From Octopus vulgaris (Eukaryota), in NCBI GenBank assembly GCA_951406725.2, contig OX597815.1, forward strand, positions 57,412,001 to 57,476,000: a stretch of 64,000 nucleotides of DNA, in the 5' to 3' direction. This document shows, in pieces, positions 53,716-64,000 of the stretch. The position numbers and the translations under genes are program-made. Positions within the stretch are counted from its first letter, which is position 1, and every line of letters begins with the position of its first letter. The notes below the pieces were generated by a model. That model was given only the letters and a program-made list of their open reading frames with translations, had not been told where the DNA came from and searched no databases.

Positions 53716-54807
53716 CTTTCTTGCAAACTGTTTTTATTACTGTAGAAAAGAAGTTGTGCCTTTGACATTTGTCACTCTACTAAAACAGTTAGTGTAATTA
53801 CCATTAATTAACATTAAACAGTTTGTTTTCAAGATATTTCCAACTTCAGGCAGCAAAACAGAGAAGAAATTATTGGATGTATAATGATATTCTAAGTTAT
53901 CGATGTCCTTTAATTATTGTCAGTTTTTTATTGTTGCTCTTCCCAAAAGTTAAATCACGATTGTTTCTTGCTGGTTTTGTTTTGTGTGTATATATATATC
54001 GTTTAAATATTTGTATATACTGACAATAAATTGAATCGAGGTGAACGGCAAAGTAACTTTGAATGTAGGTTGATGAGAAACAAGGAAGAAAACTAAATAG
54101 TTTTTTTTTTCAACTTGGCAAGTTGTAAGTTGACATGTGGAACGTGGAAGTTAAAATAATGACTTCATCATCAAAGAAAAAATTATAAGCAACTCACAAC
54201 TGCTATTCTGTAATGAAATGATTAAAGCGTCCCATTCAGTACTAAAATATATGTATATACCGATATCTCAATATATTTCTAATAAATCTAAATCTAACGA
54301 TAAATCGGATATGTAGTGGTAAATGGGTTCCAACCAAGATTTATCTTTCTTGTATAAATGTTTATGTAACTCTCCTCAGCATGGCGAAGTGAGGTAAATT
54401 TACTTCAAACACAACTAGGTCTGGCGATTATGGCTGTTTATTATTGTGTATTTCCAGACACTCCTTTAATAAATCCTGTTTGTTGATGCTTGAGATATAA
54501 AGGATAGAAGTGAGGTCAACTCGTCAGTTTGATAAAGCGGCACTTCTCCAATTAAATGACATGCAATGAATAAAAGAGGAATCTATTTTTAAATATTTTA
54601 TCCTAAAAAATAAAACAGAAACGGGAAGCGGGCACTCGTAATATATAAACAAACATGTCGGACGATACAAGGGGCGATAATTTACTTCTACAATAAGGTA
54701 TTATAAATGATGCGAGAGGCCCGACAATATCGTCTGCGAATTGTAAGAAGACCGTTTCACAATCATTAATAAATCTCTGAACGAGATATAAATAGTAACC
54801 GCTCAAC

Positions 54808-55306
54808 AACGTAAAGTGTACTAGCCATCTGAATGTGGCTAGCCACTGGGGGTGGAGTGTTACTGACGCTTTTAGCCCCAGGAGATCGACGTCACCAGCT
54901 GGCCTTAGACACAATTTCAGTGCCCTTGTGTTATTTGCAAAGGGAGGTCATCCTCCCTCGAAAACCTAAGTGATACATACGGACTATAGTTTAATGCTTT
55001 CAGACAGTTTTTCTAAATCAGTGACTGTGGTTGCTGTGAAAAACGTTAAATATTATTATTTGCAAAGGTCTCCTTCATCGAAAACCGGTGTCTACCATGC
55101 GTTGACGAGAGCAATTACCTTGAAATTACCTCCGTATGTATCACTTAGGTTTTCGAGGGAGGATGACCTCCCTTTGCAAATAACACAAGGGCACTGAAAT
55201 TGTGTCTAAGGCCAGCTGGTGACGTTGATCTCCTGGGGCTAAAAGCGTCAGTAACACCCCACCCCCAGTGGCTAGCCACATTCAGATGGCTAGTACACTT
55301 TACGTT
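54808..55306. repeat. Inverted repeat, ~176-bp arms (54808-54983 / 55131-55306)
   Basis: Near-perfect reverse complements (about 2 mismatches seen). Confidence 0.92.
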
Positions 55307-55449
55307 TCACAATCTGTTTCTTGAAAAACAAAAATAAAAATTACAAAACTTGCATATGTCTTGAACATATTTACTGTATTGTTTTATAATCATTTCTGTC
55401 GTATATCACAGTATCATAAAATGGGCGAAGGTAAGCGTGCGCACACCAC

Positions 55450-55609
55450 CTAACCCTAAACCTAATCCTAACTCTAAACTTAAGTAACCTTAACCCTAAT
55501 CCTAACCATAACACTTAGCCATAACCCAGACCCTAATCCTAACCCTAACACTAACCTTAACCCTAACTCTAACCCTAACCCTAACACTAACCCTAGCCCT
55601 AACCCTAAC
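55450..55609. repeat. Degenerate (CCCTAA)n interstitial telomere-like tract
   Basis: ~26 hexamers of ccctaa/cctaac variants. Confidence 0.8.
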
Positions 55610-55679
55610 GAGTGTGCACTGTAGAAAAATCTGATTAAAAACAATCAAGAATTTGCAAACGATATTGTTGGATCCTTCG

Positions 55680-56540
55680 TATAATAATCATCATGATGGC
55701 TTGGCTTCGCGAACGAAGATCAGGAAGGCTGTCCACGTCGTGTGCATGCACGCTCATGTCTGACAAGTCCAATATAGGAAAGGCAGGTCCGTGAGCAGTG
55801 TCCACAGACGAAGGTAACATCTAATGTGATGTCAGAGGCGGCTCGCGCCTTCTGCCTGCGTCTTTTGTCTTTAAGTGCGTCTCTTCTTTGTTCCTCAAAC
55901 TTGCTGACTGCGTTGAAGATTGTGTGGCATCAGACATCATGGTCCGCAGCCAGATCTGACCAGCATTGGTGGTCAATATGACATGCTGTTAGAGACTTCT
56001 TGAGGCAATCTTTGTAGTGCTTCCTTGGAGCTCCTCTCACACAGTGGCCGGTGAAGAGTTCGCCAAATAGGGCAATCTTAGGAAGGTGATGGTTCTCCAT
56101 TCTAGAGACATGCCCTACCCATCGGAGGTAGGACTTCAGTAGCATGGCTTCAATGCTGGGGATCTCGGCCTGCTCCAGGACTTCAATGCTTGTGACGAAG
56201 TCACACCCGTGTATGTTGAGGATGGTGCAAAGACATCGCTGGTGGAAGTGCTCAAGGAGACGGATGTGACTGCTGTAAGTGATCCAGGTCTCTGAGCTGT
56301 AGACACTGATCTTTGTTTTATTCTTCAGGTTATTATTGTGCCAAACACGTTTGTACAATCTGCCAAAGGACCTATTTGCCTTAGAGAGTCTATTTTCAAT
56401 TTCTTTGTCAATCCTTGCATTGACGGAAATGATGCAGCCCAGGTATGTAAACTGCTGTGTTGATTTCTGTTCAGTACCGCAGATAGTGATGTGGGGTGGG
56501 CGGTATTCCTCTTAGGGTGTAGGTTGGTGAAGTACCTACC
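55680..56540 (-). mobile_element. RTE (BovB-like) LINE 3' fragment
   Basis: TKISVY..SETW..LEHFHQRCL..LRWVGHVSRMENHHLPKIALFGEL. Confidence 0.82.
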
Positions 56541-57439
56541 TGATTAATAATAATAATACCTGATTGGTAAAAGTAGATTACCACCCCTTCTATCGTCCAA
56601 AATGTTTGTAGGAGTAAACAACCGTATGTAAGAAGTTGGTGACAAATGACTCCTTTTTAACACCGCACGGTCGTCCCTAACATAATAAGAGAAGCCAAAT
56701 ACATGGATATAAAATACAGTGCCAAAGGAATAAATGAGGACCACAAACCGTTCCACTGTTTGAGAGAGAAGAAGACTTTATTCACAATGTGTACAGAGAG
56801 AGAGTGTGTGAGTGCTAGCAAAGTGTTGTGTCTGAATGCGTGCGCATAGTATTTGTGTCTGTGTGTTCATGTATGCGACAGATACAAATAAGGTGAATGC
56901 GTATAACAGAAATACAGAATACAGAGCATAAGATAAGTCTCAGCATATTGAGTTAAGATAGAGTTAGTTTACCAGTTCATAAGGTACACAATAGTAAGTT
57001 CTATAACAAGATGTTGTGGGTCAAGTGGCAGAGCCGGTTACTACCCATGTAGAAGTTGTGGCTATCATGCCGTGCCAAGTCTTTTGATATAGTAAGTTCT
57101 TTAGGTAGACTGTTTTTCCGTGGTGAAAGATTCACACAAACAGTGTGAGTTAAACTTGGTCGAGTTGATGTGTACATGTTGTTGAAACTACTATGTACAC
57201 ATAAAAAACAAAAAATAGTTAAAATATCTTCACAGTATATAATGGTGGCAAGTTTTACATCATCTGAAAAGTCATTAGTTGAACTATTAATCCTCTTGCA
57301 TTCTGGTGGTGTTTTGGAGTGTTTGAGTGACATTAAACCCCAACAAATGCCCATAAATTAAATGCATCTATCTGGGCCATGATTGTGACCTGTCAAACGG
57401 TGTCTGATGGCCATGATCGTGACCCATCATGCTTTATGT

Positions 57440-57644
57440 GCTTAGCAGAATTGTTAGCATGGTGGGCAAAATGCTTAGTGCTATTTTGTCTGTCTGCACA
57501 TTCTAAGTTCAAATTCCACTGAAGTCGACCTTGCCTTTCATCCTTTCAGGGTCAATAAATTAAGTACCAGTGAAACATTGGGGTCAATGTAATCGACTAG
57601 TTCCCTTCTCCCAAATTGCAGGCCTTGTGCCTATTGTAAAAAGG

Positions 57645-57727
<83 letters not shown>

Positions 57728-57960
57728 AGTGGCGAGCTGGCAGAATTATTAGCACACTGGGCTAGATGTTTAGCTGCATTTTGTCTGCCACTACATTCTG
57801 AGTTCAAATTCGGTCGAGGTTGACTTTGCCTTTCATCCTTTTAGGGTCGATGAATTAAATACCAGTTACTCACTAGAGTTGACGTAATTGACTAGCCTCT
57901 TAACCTGCAAATTTGAGGCCTTGTGCCTATGGCAGAAAGGATTATTATTATTATTATTCT
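57440..57960 (+). mobile_element. Two tandem Nin-domain-like SINEs separated by (ATT)n
   Basis: gagttcaaattc B-box and gcctttcatcct...gggtcgat motif in both; a third copy at ~59015-59170. Confidence 0.7.
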
Positions 57961-58495
57961 ATGTTTGACTTTTGCTTTACATTTGCACAAGCTGGCTCCA
58001 AGTCTCACCCATAGAACTCAAGAGACAACAAGCTGGAAGTTCATGTTGGTGTTATGCCTAGGGTGCCATATATTTGGTTTTGTACTTAGTGTTGTACTAG
58101 TGAATGCCTAAAGAAACCATACGAAAATTATGTTTGTTTTAAAACTTAGATTACAAAGAAAGTATTTTGCGTAGGATATGAGCAGTTCCCATGAGCACTA
58201 TCTTTTGAATTTCTGCCATTTTAGGGTTTCCTGGTATCTGAGTTAGGTAGCAATCAGCCCCTTTTGCTATCATTCCCAGGGCACCTATGACAACAGGTAT
58301 TGTTTTAGTCTTCAGGTTCCACATTTTGCTGATTTCTATTTCCAGATCTTTATATTCGCTCAGTTTCTGGTAGGTCTTGACAGATACGTTTATATCGATT
58401 GGGACAGTCATATCAATGAGGAAGCATGTTTTTTGTCTGAAGTCTTTTACTATGATGTCTGGCCTATTTGCGTCTATCTTTGTGTCAGTTTGTCA
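57960..58495 (-). mobile_element. R4/Dong LINE 3' end (REL domain)
   Basis: RPDIIVKD...LIDMTVPIDINVSVK...KLSEYKDLEIEI...PVVIGALG...QKIVLMGTAHILRK. Confidence 0.82.
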
Positions 58496-58587
58496 GTTAT
58501 TATTAATATTATTATTATTATTATTATTATTATTGTTATCATTATTATTATTATCATTATTATCATTATTATTATTATTAATATTAT

Positions 58588-58973
58588 AGGCGTAGGAGTG
58601 GCTGTGTGGTAAGTAGCTTGCTTATGAACCACATGGTTCTGGGTTCAGTCCCACCTTGGGCAAGTATCTTCTACTATAGCCTTGGGCCAACAAAAGCCTT
58701 GTGAGTGGATTTGGCAGACAGAAACTGAAAGAAGCCTGTCGTATATATGTATATATGTGTGTGTGTATATGCTTGTGTGTCTGTGTTTGTCCCCCCAACA
58801 TCGCTTGGCAACCGATGCTGGTATATTTACGTCCCCATAACTTAGCTGTTCGGCAAAAGAGACTGATAGAATAAGTACTAGGCTTACAAAGAATAAGTCC
58901 TGGGGTCAATTTGCTCGACTAAAGGCGTTGCTCTAGCATGGCCACAGTCAAATGACTGAAACAAGTAAAAGAG
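58588..58973 (+). mobile_element. Full-length tRNA-SINE
   Basis: Same family as 50833-51222. Confidence 0.85.
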
Positions 58974-59541
58974 TATTATGATCACCATTATCATCACTAT
59001 TATTATTAGATTTAAGTTGGTAAGCTGGCAAAATTGTTAGCACACTAGGTGAAATGCTTAGCAGCATTTCATTTGTCCTTACATTCTCAGTAAAAATACT
59101 GCAATGGTTAACTTTGCCTTTTTTCTGTTTGGGATCAATAAAATAAGTACTAATTGAGCACTGGGGACCACCTTTTTTCCTATCAGCCAAATGTCTTCAA
59201 TACAAAAGAGCTGGAGCAAAACATTTTCAATCAGTCACGTCTGATGAGTATTTAATTGATCTCCCATTGTAGGGAGGGTGAATCATTCATGAAACTACCC
59301 AGTACTCTGTAAAGTGGTTGGTGTTAGAAAGGGCATCCAGCTGTGGAAACCATGCCAAAACAGATGACTGGAGTCTGGTGCAGCCCCTGGCCATACCAGC
59401 TTCCATCATGCCATCCAGCCTATGACAACATGAAAAACAGATCTTTTATCTTTTGTCGTTTATATATATATATATATATATATATTGAGAAAGAAAAGTA
59501 CTCAGAATTTTGGGAAAAAAATCCTTTAATTTCTTCATTAT

Positions 59542-59580
59542 TATTAAAGCTTTCGTTCCTCCCTAGAACTTGTCAAATAC
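59542..59580 (-). ncRNA. Minimal hammerhead-like motif with U3:A8 core
   Basis: Minus: TAT-TTGACAA-GTTC-TAGGGAG-GAAC-GAAAGCTTTA-ATA; weak stems I and III. Confidence 0.35.
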
Positions 59581-59589
59581 CTCTTAGAT

Positions 59590-60050
59590 GACATAAAGTC
59601 ACACAATTTGGGAATCATAGCCATAAGTGAGACTAGACTCCATAATCCACAGGCCCGAAAGTCCATGTTTGGTGAACAGTTTAACATTTATTTTCCTCCC
59701 TGTCTGCTGAGGATGGGAGGTAGTGGCACTGCAGTACTTTTTCGTAAGAGTCTGGATCTCGAAGTAAAGATGAAATTCATAGACCTGGAGGGTAGACTGG
59801 TTGTCCTGGATGTCGTCGACAGCAATGGATGTGCTTTTCAATTCCTATCAGTCTATGCACCACCTTTAACAGGTTGGCTGGATTTCTTTCGATGTCTAGA
59901 AGTATTCCTAGGAACGTCTCATCCTTTACTTTTAGTGGGGTATTGGAATGCTACGTTGGACACACATCTAGACCACATGGGCAGAGACAGGAATAGATGG
60001 GGATGCAAATACCTCAGAAACCTGATCAGATACTTTCAACTAGTATGCAT
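59590..60050 (+). mobile_element. Tx1/L1-like APE endonuclease fragment
   Basis: IIAISETRL...GTAVLF...DLEGRLVVLDV...SVYAP...LVGYWNA. Confidence 0.75.
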
Positions 60051-60248
60051 GTAATTATTGCAAATATATAAAAAATATATGTGTGTGTGTTTGTATATAT
60101 CATCATCATCAACATCATCATCGTTTAACGTCCGTTCTCCATGCTAGCATGGGTTGGACGGTTCGACCGGGGATCTGGGAAGCCAGAAGGCTGCACCAGG
60201 CTCCAGTCTTATCTGGCAATGTTTCTACAGCTGGATGCCCTTCCTAAC

Positions 60249-60295
<47 letters not shown>

Positions 60296-60482
60296 GTCTT
60301 GTGGGATGTCTTGTTGGCGAAGTATGTGTTAGTGATGCACAGGTTATGGTATGTGCAAAATTCAAGTAGTCTCTGACCATTGTCATTCATGTTGCCAATA
60401 CCAAAACACATACACTTACATATATACATACATATATATACGATTGATTTGTTTCAGTTCCTGTCTACGAAATCCATATATA

Positions 60483-60719
60483 TATATAATATAATTCGAG
60501 ACAAAACCACTATTTTAAAATCAAACAAGGAAAGACTTAATCAATACATAAAATTTGATACTGATTAGAAGATCGAAAATCCACCTGAAGAATGTCGGTA
60601 GCAGACATGAAACAATTGTAGTGGCGGTTTATTTAATTTATATTAAAATTTTATGTATTGATTAAGTCTTTCCTTGTTTGATTTTAAAATAGTGGTTTTG
60701 TCTCGAATTATATTATATA
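60483..60719. repeat. Perfect ~74-bp inverted repeat (60483-60556 / 60646-60719), Penelope pseudo-LTR-like
   Basis: Exact reverse complements flanking a hammerhead motif. Confidence 0.88.
60581..60624 (+). ncRNA. Type-I hammerhead ribozyme, canonical core
   Basis: CCAC-CTGAAGA-ATGTC-GGTAGCA-GACAT-GAAAC-AATT-GTA-GTGG; all three stems pair and cleavage is predicted after A60620. Confidence 0.8.
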
Positions 60720-60798
60720 ATATTTTACTATAAAATTGGATTTAACCCTAAATCTGATTTTTCCCTGTAAATTTGGATTCATTCCCTAATATTTATTA

Positions 60799-60854
<56 letters not shown>

Positions 60855-60859
60855 GTATA

Positions 60860-61435
60860 CACACACACACACACAACACACAAAGATAAATTGATAGATA
60901 CAACTGAGTGGGCAAACAAAAATATGAGACACTGCGTAAGTGTTTTTTTATATTTTGATAAGCGTGGTACTTATTCTATCAGTTTCTTCTTGTGAAACCA
61001 GTAAGTTATGGGGAAGTAAATAAACGAACACCAGTTGTGAAGCAGTGATGAGGGAGAAACACAAAGACACACACATAGACTTACATATACACATACATAT
61101 ACATACAATTGATTTGTTTCAGTTTCTGTCTACAAAATTCACTGACAAGGCTTTGGTTGGTCTGAGGCTATAGCAGAAGACACATGCCAAGTTACCACAC
61201 AGTGGGACTGAACTGAGGACCATGTGTTTTGGAACCAAGTTTGTTAACACACAGCCACACATGCACCTATGTATGTGTGTGTGTGTGTGTGGGGGGTATG
61301 TGTGTATGGGTGTATATATGTATGCATGTATATATGTGTATATATATGTGTACATATTACATGTACATCTATATATATACATCTAGACATACATGTATAT
61401 CTATAGAAATACATATAGATGTACATATATATATA
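60860..61435 (-). mobile_element. Third, partial copy of the composite Helitron interior (captured SINE)
   Basis: Colinear with 47170-47600, including the non-SINE flank caaagataaattgatagatacaactgagtgggc. Confidence 0.7.
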
Positions 61436-61437
61436 TA

Positions 61438-62580
61438 AGGTAGGTCTGGAGAGATTGTAGAGCTGCTTGAATGGAGACGTGTGGATGTATGCTGTATCCA
61501 GGAAGTAAGGTGGAGAGGAGGTTCCGCTAGGCTCCTCACAGGCAAGGAACACAGGTACAAGATTTTCTGGGCAGGGAACACTGACGGGGTCGGGGGCGTG
61601 GGTATACTTCTTGCGGAGAAATGGGTAGGTAAGGTAATCGAGGTAGTCAGAGTAAGTGACAGAGTAATTAAAATTAGATTAGTCCTTCACCACAGGACAG
61701 CTACCATCATCTCGGCATATGCCCCTCAACCAGGGCTACTGGAAGGACAAAAAGACCAATTCTATGACACCCTATTGCGGACTACCTCATTGACAAATGA
61801 CAGTGACCTTCTCTTCGTGGCAGGTGATTTCAATGGACATGTCAGACGGCATGTCGGGGGCTTCCATGGCGTCCATGGAGGCTACAGTTTTGGCTCTCGT
61901 AATGAGGAGGGAACCAGGCTGCTGGAGTTCTGCGATGCAAATGACCTTATGGTCTGCAATACCAACTTCAGGAAACCCACCTCTCACCTAGTCACCTACC
62001 GTTCTGGCAGACACACCAGCCAGATTGACTACATCCTTGCCAGAAAAAGGGAAAGAGGGCTGATTATAAATGCCAAAACCTTTCCAGGCGAAGAATGTAC
62101 TCCTCAACATAGATTAGTAGTTACCGACTTCAGGATCAGAGCTAAATGGTTGCCCAGAAGAAGACCAGCTTGGAGGAGAAGGGTCTGGAAGCTTAAAGAT
62201 CCTGCAAATGGACAGAGATTTAGAGACATACTACTCGAAGCCTTTGATGAAATAGAAGGGGATATAGCTTCACTTAATGTGGAAGACAACTGGAGATTTC
62301 TACGGGACAATCTGCTGACAGCCACTGACCAGATCTGTGGATGGAGCAAAGTACCATCTCAACCCAGAGTAACATGGTGGTGGAACACTGTGGTTGACAG
62401 GGCTATTAGACAAAAGAGACAGGCTTGGAAGGACTGGAAGAACGGTGGTAGCAGGGAATTGTATCAGACAGCCAGAAGGGAAGCTAGGAGACAGGTTTAT
62501 TTAGCCAGAGGGGAAGTGGATAAGAAAACATTTGCCAATGTTCTGAGCCGTGAGGATGAAAGACTTGAGGTATTTCGTGA
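61438..62580 (+). mobile_element. RTE LINE, APE endonuclease region, interrupted by an LTR element
   Basis: Open frame DVCCIQEVRW, ISAYAPQ, GDFNGHV, SQIDYIL, QHRLVV; overlaps 22672-22852 and diverges at 62580. Confidence 0.92.
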
Positions 62581-63155
62581 TGTGGAGGGAGAGAAGTGTG
62601 TAGTGACGCTATACAACAGCGCGCGCGCGCAACGCCCTTTTCTGATTCGCGCGTGTTTTCATCACCAAGAGGAAATATTGCTATCGTGGAATTAGCTGAT
62701 TGGCTAGGAAAAGCGACCCTTAGAAAAGAGGCAAGGGAACGCAAAAACCTTGACGAGAGACAGCGTCCAGCAGAGACAGCAGAAGGCCTTTGATACAAGC
62801 AGACGTATGTATATTTCTCTCTGTCCAGCTTTGATAGCAGTCGGCCGAAGGTTTTTACCAAATTGTTGTGGACAACATCATCTTCATATTCCGCGGCCAT
62901 CTTTAACACGTTCTGTTTTTAGCGGCTGAACATTGTAAATATTACAATTCGATTAACTTTCAGCCTTGCGCGCCCAGAACCAAGGATATCAGATATACCA
63001 CTGATCTCTCACCATAAAACAATAAAGTATATCTATTTTTTACGTCTGCGTTTTGTGTTTCTTTGACTGGTAGAGTCTGGATATAAAAGCAACGGAAAGT
63101 GATTGCTTCTCGCACCCCCCAAAAGGTCCGGAGAAGATATTCACATTTCCTTACA
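62581..63155 (+). mobile_element. 5' LTR of a Gypsy/Ty3 retrotransposon
   Basis: Begins with TG where LINE homology stops and ends TTACA immediately before a PBS; internal AATAAA at 63021. Confidence 0.8.
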
Positions 63156-63156
63156 G

Positions 63157-63168
63157 TGGTGACCCCGA
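63157..63168 (+). promoter_or_regulatory. Primer-binding site complementary to tRNA-Trp
   Basis: TGGTGACCCCGA matches the 3' end of eukaryotic tRNA-Trp. Confidence 0.8.
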
Positions 63169-63595
63169 AGTTCCAGAGATCACTCAACAAAAAGAAAAAA
63201 ATCCAGTTTTTCTGCCAAGTCTGAAACACGACCAACCTGTTTTCCAGTCACTTTCAACAGTTTGTTTCTTCATCTGCACTCACGCACGGAAGAAAAAAAA
63301 AGAGAAGAAATTTTTTTTCTCGATTAAAACGCGATGAAGGTTGGTAAAACAAAAAAAAGAAAAGAATTTTTTCCTATTCTCTGTGCACACAGTACAAACA
63401 AAAAAAACAAAAGAAAAAACATTTTTTTTTGTAAATTGCACATTCAAAATTTATTGGTTCAATTGTTGGTCTTTCTTTCTTTCTTCCTTTCTTTTTTCCC
63501 TTTGTTTTTCCTTGTTGCATCTGTTCAGCGTTGGTTCGTTGTCAGTTTTCTTTTTTCCATTTGACAGAGTCATCTAGTGAATAAAAGGCTACAAA

Positions 63596-64000
63596 ATGTT
63601 TATGGGTTCGTTACCTACTTTTACAGGTGATGCCACACTGTGGTTTTCACAGTTAGAGGCACAATTTCGTGCACAAAGTATTACTCCCGAGCAGCAGTAG
63701 AGACAAATACAGTGGACCAAATAGCAACGATGGCTGATAAGATGGTTGAATTTGCCGTTCAACCATCGTCACGGTCTGCTTGTGCCTGTTCACAAACTTC
63801 TTCGGCCTCAATTGAGGGGCTTTCTAAACTAATAGAAACCCTCACTAAAAGGATGGATGCGATGTGTCGCGATGGTAAGCGATCTTCAAAATCGCGGAGT
63901 CGCAGCCGTTCATCCTCGAGATCAACACAGTCTAAGTCTGGACTGTGTTGGTACCACTCCAAGTATGGAGAGAATGCACATAGGTGCACACAGCCATGCA
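63596..64000 (+). pseudogene. gag: Gypsy gag, internally deleted and frameshifted, runs off the window
   Basis: MFMGSLPTFTGDATLWFSQLEAQF, then stop at 63698; another frame gives VDQIATMADKM...SRSRSRS...LCWYHSKYGENAHRCTQPC (Gypsy gag knuckle). Confidence 0.8.

Noticed and set aside
53171-53797. 208-aa plus-strand ORF
   Set aside because: Antisense shadow of the ARL14EP CDS.
56541-57007. Possible solo LTR on the minus strand
   Set aside because: Only a TG start and an AATAAA were seen; no matching terminus, TSD or PBS.
59241-59297. ctgatgag...gaaac hammerhead candidate
   Set aside because: Stem III, cleavage site and stem I partner are absent (a SINE fragment follows), and stem II pairing is unconvincing.
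62484-62909. 141-aa minus ORF (MAAEYEDD...) as a host gene first exon
   Set aside because: Lies in the LTR and runs into the antisense of the RTE; no recognisable domain.

Overview
Eukaryotic, AT-rich, repeat-dominated window. The SINE, RTE and Helitron families and dense (TA)n/(CAT)n microsatellites suggest an octopod cephalopod (Octopus sp.); this is inference only. Two host genes are supported and point toward each other. On + are the last two coding exons of a MAP3K4/MEKK4 kinase (3833-4009 and 8172-8198), apparently joined by a non-canonical GC-AG intron. On - is a single-coding-exon ARL14EP-like gene (52936-53715). The rest is mostly nested, decayed transposons: RTE, Tx1/L1, R4/Dong and CR1 LINEs, Penelope-like remnants, Helitrons, Tigger, mariner, a Chapaev-like element, tRNA-derived SINEs and a Gypsy LTR element with a tRNA-Trp PBS at the right edge. 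The most notable unannotated signal is a set of type-I hammerhead-ribozyme motifs in Penelope-like terminal repeats whose cores appear to covary at the tertiary 3:8 pair (C:G, G:C, U:A). Also notable are a PHD-like finger inside an RTE reverse transcriptase, a copy-number-variable hairpin array in that LINE's 3' UTR, a composite Helitron present as an inverted pair, and several local inverted duplications. All calls are by eye; no searches were run and repeat boundaries are approximate.
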